Assembly: GCA_002811645.1 (NCBI GenBank)
Contig: PDIP01000019.1
Coordinates: 103,163-167,162, forward strand
DNA: 64,000 nucleotides
Direction: 5' to 3'
Source of the DNA: Corallochytrium limacisporum Hawaii
Lineage: Eukaryota; Protista; Pluriformea
In this document: positions 12,001-23,200 of the stretch, one piece after another
How the letters are laid out: every line of letters starts with the position of its first letter
Numbering within the stretch: position 1 is the stretch's first letter
Position numbers and translations under genes: made by a program
Notes under the pieces: generated by a model
The model's database searches: none
Seen by the model: only the letters and a program-made list of their open reading frames with translations
What the model was told of the DNA's origin: nothing

Positions 12001-12783
12001 CATCCGCCCATGAATCCCAGCCCTGTGGAATTTGTACTTGACATGGGTGGCTTGGACGGTGCACAGGTTGATCTAGCGGTCATCACCCATGCCAGTGCCC
12101 CACAAATAAGTCAAGCTCCATTGGTGGCCTACTGCCTTAGTGCCGCAGACTCGGTTGCCATTGCGAAAATGCAGTTGGTTCCCAGTCAATTTCCGACCTT
12201 GCACCGGAGCTCTGGCCTCTACGACGAGGATCCTTACCTTCGGCGGCTGATTGACACTGTACTGGAAGCCCGATGGTTACTGACAGCTGAAGGGTGCAGC
12301 AAGATCTTGGAAACCATGACGGTGGCTTTAAAGTCGAGCGGACATACACCACTTTGGATGGGTCATATTGCACGGAGTCTGTTGCGTAAAGACGCGAAGG
12401 ATTTGGAGGCAAGAAGATGCGGAAAGAAAGTAGACCAAAGCAAGAAAAAGTACGCTCAGGAACCTATTGCGATGGCTTTGTGCATTGGTGCCGCCAGGCA
12501 GATCAAAGACCCGCGCCTTCCGCACCTCCTATGTCAGATGGGTGGCCTTCTAGAAGTCCATCTGTCCAAACACGGTACCGATAAACAGGCACAAAGCAAC
12601 CCTTTGCTACATGCAATGTGCGCCCCGAAGACCAGGACGCGGGAGATAATTGGAACAATTGTGAAAGCGCATGGAGCGGACTTTCCGAGGCTGTCCGCGG
12701 TGTACAAGCATGCTGTTTCCAAACAATTGGACCTGGACAGGCCGAGTGCGGGAAAAGGCCAGCCTATGAGGAAATCTCCATAG
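9037..12783 (+). CDS. ~1248-aa predicted mitochondrial helical-repeat protein, divergent PPR-like
   Basis: First ATG of the 8995 ORF is at 9037. R-rich, acid-free N-terminus. PPR-like segments AAYNGMILGLAEAG, LMQTCWMHGQPDTADMIFEKV, LVAREGPENAQKVFDR. CDS is secure; family call is moderate. Confidence 0.65.
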   Translation: MFLTARMRSRMQIPRGHNILKPRFKVRDNVPSKSSAPKAPVLLLREPPTKTSRELFRYSMGARRALSLPALGDDGTQQSAKAISNLLGQRLTYESFSQHLRECLKAGLIDSASTGTPTSVGSRRKLLTNMTETLITVADEHIEGKLTKQRLGLLALSCNLAVDNVESARAISDFLHSRTDEGVSAPVLRVLAHYMERRDSEFQERTLVERFQDFIPAAKLETSAAYNGMILGLAEAGCLPQTIQSASDAYTFISEEQKSLPLFVALNIARITHEGGRRTMAKHLFGAPKDHLAHGMPDLLWHLKLSQNRDVLPLGNSEIREIAMWVRPVPSLMATRIDGANNCVNSIFMMMGINERGPYEEDLIVGAAPVQGLKDRYIDLRGALRLLNHYTSDSSLEALLTDRDIARLKRAIMAGLVAREGPENAQKVFDREGTKNVLGYHWAHPSTNDMPIMLTLLGGYVNNLQGLNSTDWWANGRWWINLKAREDLLPTDIMHAGSDLAQAYLIKGSLASIEKGLRIVCELKPVNLKGDAQGMFTLRRSLEHLVNVCTNMPTYEDLRERSPTGPGMPRKMWEELNIEAMNRLLEVHGKSWGHRGLIWRLFSTVAGLDSPEVMKRTVALDHTALVTQFQTLQHQFVNIPSGTLVHIGLRLMQTCWMHGQPDTADMIFEKVMAAYFGKHRLHWWEIFTPKTILQQRDPQRLLSFLEQEGVHLQLKDDQMHALENLISLQNMNGPGRVYSSVQDTTEFNKTWTDLISTVRALPAASEMALHAPEMFDVRRPSSLSGLVSYTDIRSWRLAFLYSVMFSPSYCELPAFLPDVNPELVQPIVNIIREESMFDPHGTQKFITTMVEKATQSGPTQPYKAPAWSELIVPQNHLPWPKAFCLFNRFWIGILLPPFASGMKNLRRVADEDVHLMRQAMLCHTTVGHVASVWQQLPPALLETIARRFDMIRGLYGNRDKPIPAHILRPFLDEVYRVRPEIMGSESPEHPPMNPSPVEFVLDMGGLDGAQVDLAVITHASAPQISQAPLVAYCLSAADSVAIAKMQLVPSQFPTLHRSSGLYDEDPYLRRLIDTVLEARWLLTAEGCSKILETMTVALKSSGHTPLWMGHIARSLLRKDAKDLEARRCGKKVDQSKKKYAQEPIAMALCIGAARQIKDPRLPHLLCQMGGLLEVHLSKHGTDKQAQSNPLLHAMCAPKTRTREIIGTIVKAHGADFPRLSAVYKHAVSKQLDLDRPSAGKGQPMRKSP

Positions 12784-13015
12784 GTGAGGTGGACATCATC
12801 TGTGACCACAGGAGATAGTTATAATCAACCATGAGAGACATGTGGCGTGTGTGTCACTATGCATTGCGCTACCGAATCTATTAGAGAGTAACACATGAAA
12901 ACAGAAGAATACAGGTATTTTCAGAAAGCTACGTCTACGTTTTAAGCGAGAACTGGCATTGTCTGCTTCATGCTATTTTCAAGGCGTGTACGTGCTAGAT
13001 TTCCTGTAATTCATT

Positions 13016-16000
13016 TCAATGCGCTTCAGGATTCTTTGTGTACACAACACTGTCCTCATCCATGACCTCTTCACCGCCCAGCATAGTACTGCTGACGGTT
13101 GAGACGTCATCCTTGACAAGGTCCACTCCCATGAACAGCTCCCTTACCTGGAGTTGCTCTGTTTCGCAGTGTCGCAGCTTTACAGCCTCCTGCACGCCAA
13201 TGTTGGTTACGTGCGAGGCAGCAATGGGATAGTACGACCAACCTCGCAGCAGCAGCACGATGCGCTTCAGTGCCAGGGAGCCAGGCAGGAGTAGTCCAGT
13301 GCGGTCCCGGGCAACCAGTAGGCGGTCTGGTACGACATCGACTGCAACCTTACGTTCCATGGAGGCCAGCCCTACCCGCAGGCCCAGCTCTGGTAGGACG
13401 AGAACATCTATATCAAGCTCGCCAAGGGCGTCCGGGTGCTGACGGGCAAAGCCTTGGGTCCGTTGCCAGAAGTCCTGAAGTTCAACGGGTCCTGGCTCCA
13501 TCTGGCTAAGGCAACCATCACTGAACGGGTCCAGAAACGCAAAGCCATGACTCTGGTGCCTGTCAGGGACCACCAGTTTCTCCATCGATTGCTCATGCCC
13601 GTCCTGACCGCTATTCACTGCGGCTAGGACAAGGTCACAGAGTGTTGATGCTACAGTAAGCTGATGTTGCATCGCATCAAAATCGCCACAATAGTCCCCT
13701 AGTTGTCTAGTAATGTCCCGTAGGGACTCTATTGCGTCCGTACGCGCATTCAAAACAGCTCCAAGAGTGGCCGCGCACGCAAGAGCACCCAAACGCTCCG
13801 TTTCTGAGGATTGATCATATTCTTCGAGCAGCTCAAGAGCCGTGCTCAGCCACGGGCGGTCGCCTGCAAAGCCAGAATCGATTGTTGATGTCTGGCGCGC
13901 AGGTGGGCCATCCACAACTACGGTAGATCGTGATTTGAGCATCACCATACCATGAAGGAGGCTGGTATACGTGGATAGCAGCCACGCGTCACTGTTGGTA
14001 ACCTGTTGCCGGTGCCGCAACATTAGGAGATCGACGGGCATTAGCACATTCAGTGCAACGTCCGATAGAAATGGAGAGTCACAGCGAATGGTGTGACTTG
14101 CACTGACGAATTTCAGCAGACCAATAACGGAAACAGTGGAAAGTTTACGCAATGCCTGAGAACGGAAGGTCTCAAAGCGCTCCTGTGGATCGTCGTCGGG
14201 AAAATTTGGATCTAAGGCAGCTTCCGGGGCGTTGCGCAGGTTCGCGAAAGAGTCAAGAGAGAGATCAGTGAGGAGCGATCGCCAACGACGCCTCTCCATG
14301 CCCAAGGTCGCGAGGGCACTGACAAAAGCAATCGGTTTCTGTAGGTGGCCCAGTTCCACAAGGTCGCGCAGTTCAGCCTCGTGGCGGGTGACAATTCGGT
14401 CGACGTTAAGGCTACTCAGACGCTGCTGTTGCTGCGGTCCATGTCGGTCAGTGTCGCTGCGCTGTTGTTGTTGCAAGATGCTCATCGCTTCTAATGACGG
14501 CAGTACCACCGACAGAGGGACCCCTTGGGTCTCGAGGACCATCGACGTCACGGCCTGGTGCACTGGTGCCATCAGGGTGCTCGGTGGCAGAGGGATGACC
14601 TCAGAGACCCCCTCGGAGTCTTGGTCGATGGTGTCAGTTTGCTGCAGACTCATGATCAGTGCCGCTGCCGACGCCGTCTCCTGAATAGTGTATTGAAACT
14701 GCACGGAATCGACATTGGTTTTGCCTCTGCCGCTTTCAGAGATGATCCGTCCCAGTGTCCTCTCCAATTGATTATACAAACGCTCCATCAGCGAACTTAG
14801 TTCACCACCGTCTGTGGTGACCAAGTTTCCCATAATGGCCCGACTCATGACACTGAACAGCATGGCCAGCTGGCTCGCGGTAGCCTGCGCCAAGGTGACG
14901 TCAAAGCCCTGACTACCCGGCGAGTGCGTCAGAATGGTCACACAACCCATGCGGATGGTCTCGTCCACAATCTCCCGAACATCCCGGCCATTGATTTTGA
15001 TAGAAAGTGTTGTTTCACCATGATAACCGATTGGTGGCTGCTCCTGTGTCAATACCAAGGCACGTAGGATGCTCAGAATCTCGTAAGAGCCCTTCATGGC
15101 GTCAGCAACGGCCTGGGTGGACTGCGACGACCCAATCATCTGTTTCAACCTGGAAGCCTGCTCCTGCACCGCGGACACGCATCGACTAAGCACGGATGTT
15201 TCGATGTCCTGGTACTGTTCAAATAACCGCATGTGGAGGTCGGTCTGACGAGGGAAGATGCCAGCTACCCAGTGCTCCACAGGCGCCTCGCGATGGGCAC
15301 GAAGAACACCAGCAAGCTGAGCAGGGGTCATTTTCGAGAGGTCGCACAGGACATGTTGCTGTACACCGTGAAGCGCTGTAAAGGCACGGGTCAGAGAACT
15401 GCTTCCGTGCTGATCGAGAGAATTTCTATCGCTCTCCTTATCCGCTGCTGCTGTAATATTGATCGCTCTGTCATTGCCATCGTTGCCTTGGGGAAGTGCA
15501 GAGGTCTCGTTCCATCCGCCAGCCAATTCCGCCATAGACGTCGTGGCAGTGTTGAGTTCGGGCATGATGGCTGTCCGCAGGGTCCAGTACAGCAGTGACG
15601 AAGGTACCTGGCCCTGGTCCCCTGCCCGCAGCAGATGAAGTTTCTCCAAAAGTGCCACCGAGGACATCTCCTCCGGGTTTAATTGCTGTGCTTGAGGAGG
15701 CGATCGTTCCGACTGTGCCAGTGCATGGCCCAGGACAAAGTGGCATTGCTCCACAGGGCTGAGTGTGTGACTCAGCATCTCCAGATTGGTCTGTAGGAGG
15801 CCTTGCATGAGCTCTGCATCAAAGTGGTGTGAGCGGATCATGGTCTGTGTTATTAGGCGCACGCTGAGCGGGTCCAGGTCTGCTGCCATTGCACGGTAAC
15901 ACTGGTGGAACGCAAGCGTCAGTGTGTCCGTCAACAGATTGGCTTTGAGAAGATGAACGTGCATAAGTACCAGGTCACGGTGGTTATTGAATTTGGCCAG

Positions 16001-17209
16001 AAGACGTGTGCCATCAGCGATACTCTCGCCCGCCCACCTCACAGTCGTCTGCGCTATTGTCCATGATCCTGGTGTCCACGTTTCATTCATGGCAGTCAGA
16101 GGGCCCACGACACTCGCCGCAGTCAGCGGACTTAGTGCCTCCCGAGCAGATCCGGGGCTGACAATCGCCCGAAGGTCCTCTCTGGCACTAATCGCCACCT
16201 TCAAGGACTGTGGGGTACCGCGGTTGGCGGCGTAGGCCACGACGTGTGCGTAAACATTCGGTCCCAAGCGTTCAAGGTCTGTCTCTGTCTCTTCCACAAC
16301 TTCAGCCGCAGTCATGTTCATCGCGGTGGGCGTCGAAACCTTTTGTGCCTCGGAAGACAGTGCATCTTGGAAGAGGACGCCGTCAATGGCGTCCAGCGCC
16401 TGAAATACTCCGCGCGCTTCAGAATCGCCTGCTGCGGCGGCGGCATGCCACGACACCGCTTTGCCATCCAAGGACCGCCGTTCGCCGCCCAACAATTCAA
16501 GCAGCGTAGAGCCGTAGACGGCGAGTACTTTCCAAGCCTCAGGTTCCTGTCTGTGAGATACCGCTCCTGCTAAGAACCGCGCCGCTGCAGTGGTCTGCGG
16601 TAGCGGGTCCGGTGTCTGCAGCTTCAAGCAGCAGCGCAGGAAGGCCGTGGTCGCCACGGGTCCAGCTTCCTTGGCCCAGGCTTTGCCGCCGTGGGGCAGT
16701 TCGCGTGTAAGTTCTGTGAGGAAGGGATCCCGCCGTAGTTGCTCCTGTCTTCCCGTCATCACGCGTGTGGCATGGTAAATGAAAGCAATCCGCGTCTCTG
16801 TCGAGCGGAAAAATTCCTCTGACATTGCCGTCGGCCGGTGTCCCCACAGATCCTTGAGTTGGTTTAAGGTTTTAACATCGTTGAGTTCCTTGCGCAGGCT
16901 CTCGCGCATACCCTTGGTTTCCTCTCTATACGCGGCGTCCACGACAACATGATGCCGATTGTCCTTCTGTGCTGTCTGTGGTCGGCGTTTGCTTTTGTTT
17001 TGTTGTGTTTTGTTCTTGCCGTTACTCTGACGAGCCGTGTAGTGTCTTCGTATTCCTCGTTCTGCTAATAAACCAATGGGATACCGGTGCGTATACGCTA
17101 GCAGCTGGCTTGTGTGCGCCGGTTTGAGATACGGCAAGGTAGAGGTGGGCATCGCCATCCTTCCGAGGACCACTCTGGTCCTTAAGGCAGCTTTTGATAC
17201 TAATGACAT
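13016..17209 (-). CDS. 1397-aa mitochondrial helical-repeat protein with C-terminal RAP domain (FASTK/OPR-RAP-like)
   Basis: Presequence-like MSLVSKAALRTRVVLGR. C-terminal DIDVLV...RKVAVDVV...PGSLALKRIVLLLRGWSYYPI fits the RAP-domain pattern (~13200-13420). Confidence 0.75.
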   Translation of the reverse strand: MSLVSKAALRTRVVLGRMAMPTSTLPYLKPAHTSQLLAYTHRYPIGLLAERGIRRHYTARQSNGKNKTQQNKSKRRPQTAQKDNRHHVVVDAAYREETKGMRESLRKELNDVKTLNQLKDLWGHRPTAMSEEFFRSTETRIAFIYHATRVMTGRQEQLRRDPFLTELTRELPHGGKAWAKEAGPVATTAFLRCCLKLQTPDPLPQTTAAARFLAGAVSHRQEPEAWKVLAVYGSTLLELLGGERRSLDGKAVSWHAAAAAGDSEARGVFQALDAIDGVLFQDALSSEAQKVSTPTAMNMTAAEVVEETETDLERLGPNVYAHVVAYAANRGTPQSLKVAISAREDLRAIVSPGSAREALSPLTAASVVGPLTAMNETWTPGSWTIAQTTVRWAGESIADGTRLLAKFNNHRDLVLMHVHLLKANLLTDTLTLAFHQCYRAMAADLDPLSVRLITQTMIRSHHFDAELMQGLLQTNLEMLSHTLSPVEQCHFVLGHALAQSERSPPQAQQLNPEEMSSVALLEKLHLLRAGDQGQVPSSLLYWTLRTAIMPELNTATTSMAELAGGWNETSALPQGNDGNDRAINITAAADKESDRNSLDQHGSSSLTRAFTALHGVQQHVLCDLSKMTPAQLAGVLRAHREAPVEHWVAGIFPRQTDLHMRLFEQYQDIETSVLSRCVSAVQEQASRLKQMIGSSQSTQAVADAMKGSYEILSILRALVLTQEQPPIGYHGETTLSIKINGRDVREIVDETIRMGCVTILTHSPGSQGFDVTLAQATASQLAMLFSVMSRAIMGNLVTTDGGELSSLMERLYNQLERTLGRIISESGRGKTNVDSVQFQYTIQETASAAALIMSLQQTDTIDQDSEGVSEVIPLPPSTLMAPVHQAVTSMVLETQGVPLSVVLPSLEAMSILQQQQRSDTDRHGPQQQQRLSSLNVDRIVTRHEAELRDLVELGHLQKPIAFVSALATLGMERRRWRSLLTDLSLDSFANLRNAPEAALDPNFPDDDPQERFETFRSQALRKLSTVSVIGLLKFVSASHTIRCDSPFLSDVALNVLMPVDLLMLRHRQQVTNSDAWLLSTYTSLLHGMVMLKSRSTVVVDGPPARQTSTIDSGFAGDRPWLSTALELLEEYDQSSETERLGALACAATLGAVLNARTDAIESLRDITRQLGDYCGDFDAMQHQLTVASTLCDLVLAAVNSGQDGHEQSMEKLVVPDRHQSHGFAFLDPFSDGCLSQMEPGPVELQDFWQRTQGFARQHPDALGELDIDVLVLPELGLRVGLASMERKVAVDVVPDRLLVARDRTGLLLPGSLALKRIVLLLRGWSYYPIAASHVTNIGVQEAVKLRHCETEQLQVRELFMGVDLVKDDVSTVSSTMLGGEEVMDEDSVVYTKNPEAH

Positions 17210-17551
17210 GGTTCTATGTTTGGTCTGTATTGTCTTTCTATTGCAGGTCCTCCTGGAGGATCACTGCCTTTGGCCACCCATTATCGGGCCCCTGCCATGC
17301 TGAGCGATGAGAAAGATCTATTCCCCCCTTTCCAATGCCAATACCCACTTTTCCGTCGCTTTCGTGTTAACTTGAACTCTCTAGGACCACTCTCACGCAC
17401 GAGAAAAGAATAGGTAACCTAAGACGTGCTTCCCTAAGTAGCTTGTGACCTAACGTGAGACCGCTGCCCGCCACGGGCTCCAAAGGCTCACAGGTAATCC
17501 TGCCCTCCCCGGGCCCGGGGTCGCCGTTTCCCTCCCTCAACCCCCACTCAC

Positions 17552-17705
17552 ACACCACTTCTCCGTTGGCCCTGCGCTACCCTTGGCCCATGTGAATGGC
17601 TGGCGGGCGATACTCCCTCACTGCGCGGCACAGAAGGGGGAGACGGCGGCGAGTGGGGCAGCCCCGGTCCCGACTCTTGGTGGATCGCAGAACCGCCGGT
17701 AGTGT
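17552..17705. promoter_or_regulatory. Probable bidirectional promoter between the RAP-domain gene and ferredoxin
   Basis: GC-rich segment between head-to-head genes, flanked by outward-facing gtgt|GTGAGT donor-like sites at 17551 (-) and 17706 (+). Confidence 0.45.
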
Positions 17706-17964
17706 GTGAGTTGGGCCCCCCCCCGCCGCCCCCGGGGGGGGGGGGGGGGGGGCGCCGATGCGCGAAGCACGGCGCCACAAGGAGCCTGCCCAAGGGGCGG
17801 TACAACTGTGTCGGTGTCAAGGCAGTTAGTTACGGTAGTTTCATTGGGTATTTCTAGGCAGGTTCCCAGATCAATCAACTTTATTATCGATGGCTTTTCT
17901 AACGTCTGTGAAGGAATGCGAGGATATACTGGCCACGGAATGTCCTCGACTTAGCAACACCAGT

Positions 17965-18486
17965 ATGTTGCGACAAGCACTGCCTCGAGCAGTGTTCACC
18001 CGGTCGTCATCTCTGCGGACATGTATGGTGAAAGGCCAAACTATCTCATCCACAACACAACTAATGTCAAAGCGTTTCTTCGGAACCTCGCCTTGGCTGG
18101 CTTCTGATCAGCCCTGGAATACGGACATTACGATGACCTTCACAGTCCGAGACGAGAATGGAGGGTTAGCGTTCTCCACCGAGGTCAATGCTGTGCCGGG
18201 GGATATACTTATGGAAGCCGCGGTGGAGAGCGGAGAGATCGATATCGAAGCCGCGTGCGGTGGCAAGGGGAAGTGCAGTACCTGTCATGTCGTGCTGCCC
18301 CCAGAGATCTACGACATGCTCGACCCCCCGAACTTCTTCGAAGAGGACACGCTTGACAAAATCGATGACGAAGGGCTCTTGGCACCAACCAGCCGTTTGA
18401 GCTGCCAGTGCGAGGTTACAGACATCTTCGATGGTGCGGAGATCATTGTGCCTGGAATCAGGCCCGACGTACGTTTCGCTCGCTAG
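17965..18486 (+). CDS. Mitochondrial adrenodoxin-type 2Fe-2S ferredoxin
   Basis: EAACGGKGKCSTCHV...SRLSCQ cluster motif. Presequence MLRQALPRAVFTRSSSLR from ATG 17965; the in-frame ATG at 17890 is an alternative start. Confidence 0.92.
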   Translation: MLRQALPRAVFTRSSSLRTCMVKGQTISSTTQLMSKRFFGTSPWLASDQPWNTDITMTFTVRDENGGLAFSTEVNAVPGDILMEAAVESGEIDIEAACGGKGKCSTCHVVLPPEIYDMLDPPNFFEEDTLDKIDDEGLLAPTSRLSCQCEVTDIFDGAEIIVPGIRPDVRFAR

Positions 18487-19251
18487 AGAGCAAACACCCA
18501 ACCCCCTCATTATGTGATTATACAAACATTTAAAGAAAGAAAATTTCAACGGTGGTGACTTCCAAACTACCAAGTTTTTACTTATCAGTCAAGATACATG
18601 CTACGGTAGCGCAAGTCGCAGCCCTGGCACGTCCACTACCACCAGAGATAGCCAACAAAAATCATATCGAGAAAAAGAAAGAGAAAAGGGCAAGGATATC
18701 GAACAAAAGGAAAATTCGAGGGCGCAGCTTATGCCAGAAGCCTTTGCGGGCGCACTCAGGGCACAAGAGATGCGGTTGGTTCCTGAGTACTAGTCCCCAC
18801 CCGCGGATCGCTGTGGGGCCCCCTCTCAAAAAAACAGACTTCGTGCCTTTTTCCTCGCCCTTTCGTTTCTCCCTCTCTCTTTTTCGGGGCTGTATTTTGT
18901 TTTTTTTTTCTCGGTTAATTGGAATCTAGAAACGTTCTGTATTCAGGTAAACTTTTGATAGCGGTTTTCTTGGCTTGAGATGTGGTACCGCGGTACACTT
19001 ATCGTACGCAAGCAAAGAAATTGCAAAAACTAAAAAGAAAACTTGGGTGGCCGAAAAAGGACTTTGGACTCACAATAAGGATACCTTTTAAACGAAGATT
19101 CTTAACCAGTAAGAACATGTTGTCCCTCAGATGTGACACCAAAAGAAAGTTTGGTCACAAGTTGCTAAAGTAATATGTGAAGATGATGCTGGATGATGGA
19201 TGGATGTTTGCAAGTGAGTCTTGGTTTTGATACAACTCAATGAGCTGTGCT

Positions 19252-20226
19252 CTACGACTCATCCTCTTCTTCCAGGATAATCTCCTGCTCCAAGGGCGAT
19301 GCCCGAGGTGTCAAGACCGGAGTGGATCGCACCGAAGAGCATGATCCAGACGCCTGCATCTCAATGACATCTTTGGGGGCCGAAAAGTTGTTCAGTTGGC
19401 GCAGTTGACGATTGGCCCACTCGCAGATCCGTTCCGCCCGCAGACGGCCCTCGTCGTCGGCCAGGAGCATCTTCCAGCGATAGCTCTCCTGTTCGGTCAA
19501 GTCAAAGCCTAGTGATGCCACAAACCCGTCAAAGGCTTCGTCTGACAGACAACCCTCTGATTGGTCGGCAAAGGCAAAGACGCACTTCCGCAGGATTTCG
19601 AAGCGATCTTCCTCAGCCCGCTGAGCGGCTTCGCTTTCGTCATCCTCAGCCAGGGACGGTTCAATGCTCAATCCCTTCTGTGATGACAGGCTCGAGTCGC
19701 TCCGACTCCGCCTCTTGTTTTGTTGTTCTGCCTTCATGTTCAAGTACTCAAAGTAGTTCAAGAAATCGTAGAGCTCGATGCGGTCCTTGTTGGAAGGATC
19801 GAGATACATTAACGCCTTGTTCATGTCCTCTGTCTCCGAGCAGCAGTCCAGGTCGCTGAAGGCCGCCTCCAGTCCAGTCCGGTCGAGGACATCGTCCTGG
19901 TCGCTGTCGTGCTTTCGGAAAGCAGCATGTGCTGTCGCCTGGCGTTGACTGGCGTTCTTTCCGTCAATCTTTCCCGTGCTCTGTGTTAAGTCCAATAGAT
20001 CATTGGTGCTCAGGAGCCGTGCATGTACAGTGCGTCTCGGGCTCGTCATCATGGGCTTGCGGACGGTAATCTCCTCCAAAGTGCCCAAGGACTTGGCCCG
20101 TGCCATGCGATCCTTGAGTCCCCGGTAAGACCCCTGGGAAGAAGGGGCTGTGCTCATTGCCGCGGCGGCCATGGTCTTCTGTGGAAGCCTAAATTCGTCG
20201 TAGACTTTGGCTGCTTTCATATGCAT
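19252..20226 (-). CDS. 324-aa protein with two pairs of degenerate EF-hands
   Basis: AFRKHDSDQDDVLDRTGL, LDPSNKDRIELYDFLNYF, FADQSEGCLSDEAF...SLGFDLTEQE, LADDEGRLRAERI. Confidence 0.75.
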   Translation of the reverse strand: MHMKAAKVYDEFRLPQKTMAAAAMSTAPSSQGSYRGLKDRMARAKSLGTLEEITVRKPMMTSPRRTVHARLLSTNDLLDLTQSTGKIDGKNASQRQATAHAAFRKHDSDQDDVLDRTGLEAAFSDLDCCSETEDMNKALMYLDPSNKDRIELYDFLNYFEYLNMKAEQQNKRRSRSDSSLSSQKGLSIEPSLAEDDESEAAQRAEEDRFEILRKCVFAFADQSEGCLSDEAFDGFVASLGFDLTEQESYRWKMLLADDEGRLRAERICEWANRQLRQLNNFSAPKDVIEMQASGSCSSVRSTPVLTPRASPLEQEIILEEEDES

Positions 20227-23200
20227 TATGGGCTTGGTCCGCCTTGTGTTGTGTATCCGTGTTTCTCACTATTAATAGATCTGAAAACCTTGAGACGTTC
20301 CCAAAAGAATAAGATCTATATTACCCGTAGACTGAGAATTTCCTTTTCCTTTCAAATAGTCGCGGTGGTCTTGTTCGTCTTTTTGTTCCCACCTTTCTCC
20401 GCACGGGATGTATAGAGGCCGAGTTTCTCTTTATACCACTTAAGTTTTCTCAACAAGAATTCAATTCTGTCTTCCGTAATGCAATTAGCCAAAACCTAAA
20501 AAGCCCACTTGCCTTTCACACATTATGCACGCTGCGCAAAAAAAGTTTTCTGCTATTGCGCCGCAGCAACTAGTGTACGTCTGTGCGTGCTTAGTCTTCC
20601 GAATAGGGCAGCAAGGAGCCGCCGCTCTCGAACAATGCAGCGGTGGCAGACGAAAGCCGGTTTAAGCTCCCACCCAAACACAGGGGGGGGGGGGGCTGTT
20701 GAAGAATGTGAAGAGTGTGAGAGTGTTTTCCTCGCTGGCTACCGGTACTTGTAAGTACAATAATAATGGGATTGTCCGAAACTTTATGACACCCTCCCCT
20801 CGCTCCCCGCAAACCGCCCAACAGTTTTTTTGTTTCACCCATAGACAGTGTACCGGTGCTTGAGATTGTTCCCAGAGAGCAAAGGACATGGGTGTGGTTT
20901 CCCGCTCCTCTGTTCTGTCCTTTGTACTTCGTCATTCGATCGACCCTTGGCACACACGCACCGGTTTCCTGTATCTGACTGGCTTTCCTAAATATGAACA
21001 TCAGAAACGTCTGAGAAAGATGAAGCATTCTCTCCCATTCATTCAATATGAAATTGCGTTCATATCAGAGCACAGCTTGCGTGATTTACAGGCATAAGCC
21101 GCTAGGCTTGTCTCCTTTCCCCCCCTTCCCAGGGGGAGGGGGAGGCACTACCCTTCTCTTTCTTCCCTCCCGCAAGAGGTTCTCCCGATGCCCTTTCCCC
21201 CCTCTCTCTTTTTTCCTTCCCTGCCCCCGGCCCGGTTCTCCCAACCCCACCCCAGCAGTCAAGAAAAAGAGCCAAGAGCAGCGAACCCCTCTCAGTGGAC
21301 AGGGCAAAGGTAGGCATCGGACAGACGGCCCCCGGGGAGCAACTCAGAGCTTAAAAAAAATCCTCTTCTTCACGGGCTGCAGGTGACGCGTCAACTGGTG
21401 ACTTAAGCAACTGCCAGTTCTTATAGAAAATGTTCTGTAAGAATAACCCACCCTCTTTAAGACTGACGCCTGCCACAGGATGGCAAGGCAAAATTTGAGC
21501 AGCCGAGGGTCCAGGCGGGCATTGGATAGAAAAAAGCCACCGCAGAGAGAGCCCCTACTGTGCCACGGCGCTGTCCCACTGGGTTCCGATGCCAGATGTT
21601 CCCAGCCAATAGAGATCCATATCTTGCAACTTTCAGTATATTCAGTATTGAGCTGAACCACCATTGGATTTCCGTTGGCGAAACTTTTTTTTTGCAAGGG
21701 TCGGCCAATCATCAGCGCGCGCGGGTGGGCCTTTTCTCTTATTCTACCGCGCTTGAGGTTGACTCGATCAAAAGGGGTGGGGTATGCCGTCGGTTACGGT
21801 CGGACAGACTCGATGTCGGCCTCCGTTTCTCCAAAACTTTCATGCATTCAGTACCGAAGTTTTGGCAGGTGGCTGTAACTTTGTCCAGTTTTTCACTAGA
21901 CAAATTATTCCCACCAATACGCACGCTTTACTAAGGAAAAAGTCAACAAGATGGGTCAAAAACGCACGCAGCTGTGTGGAAAAAACCTCCGGGGACTCGT
22001 TCTGTCGAAACAGGAAAGGGAGCCAAAAAAAATAATGGGCAGAGAGAGAGTGGAAAAAAAAAGAACCAGTGATTCGGTGTTCACACAGAGGGAGAGATTT
22101 GGCTGGAAACCGCGAACGCAAAGATGTACATTGCCAGCAAAGAGCGGTCACACATCTACGCGGAAGGGAACACACACACCCGTTGGGGTCGGGAATTCAT
22201 GGATTATTTGGGTCAGCTTGAGGGTTTTCTACACCCAGGCTGCAAGGGAGAGGCTTCGCAAATCCAAAAGAAACAACACTGGGACCAAAAACAGAGATTT
22301 CCCCGGAACCGCAAGAAAAAGGACCCGTACATTCAGTATTGGTCAGGAAAATTTGATAAGCTTAGAACACTGGCAGCACGTACCGTCTAACTGGCACATG
22401 CTCTCGACACATACATATCTCGACAGGGAGACGGAGTACGAATATTTTGAGCTTACTCAGCATCCAGAAAGGAAATCTTTAGCCCTCGTTTCGTATCCTT
22501 TCCTATAATAATATAGGTACATTTAGTATGGAAATTGACCCATTGACAGAATCTGTATGCCGTACGTCACTTATTTCTATTTTCCAATATTTTTTATTCT
22601 GGAATTTCTCATATAATTTGTATGGATATTTTCTTCGTGATTCTTTCCTTTCTGTTTCCTGGGGCGGTGTCTCGGCCGCCCTACTGTCTCAGTCGCAAAA
22701 ACTTCAACAATATTGAATATACTAAGCTGTTCACGCTCTGAGGTAAGGAAAGGGTCAGGATCTGAGTCACCCGAAAGATACCGTTGGGCCCGAAAACTAT
22801 GTGGGCTGCTTTAAATAGTAAAAGTATGGAGTTTCTCTCATGTGCCCTTGGGTAAGGGACACTGGAACCCGCATGGGGGCACAGAATGGAAGCAAATGAG
22901 GACACTCTATGGTGGCATTCTCTTTGTATAGAATTTGTATTGAACAGTCCGGCCCATAAAGGACTTGGACAACAACAGAAAGAAGACACCATGTGCCCAG
23001 CACAATACATGTTGTCCCATTGCTCAGGACTCCGGGGGTCTCTGTCGCTAATTTCTTGAATTTTTATAGTAAATAAATGGAGCGTCTCCTCCCTGCTCTG
23101 GTCACGGAGAACTCGGTTTGGCAACTTTGTCAATTGTGGCACCTGAAAGGAATGAATTTTTTTTAAGTTATTTTTTCTTCTGACGTGAGTTTGAGGCCAG

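Noticed and set aside
18982-19173. Lys-rich 63-aa ORF resembling a ribosomal protein
   Set aside because: GTG start, driven by A-rich sequence, no family motif recognised.
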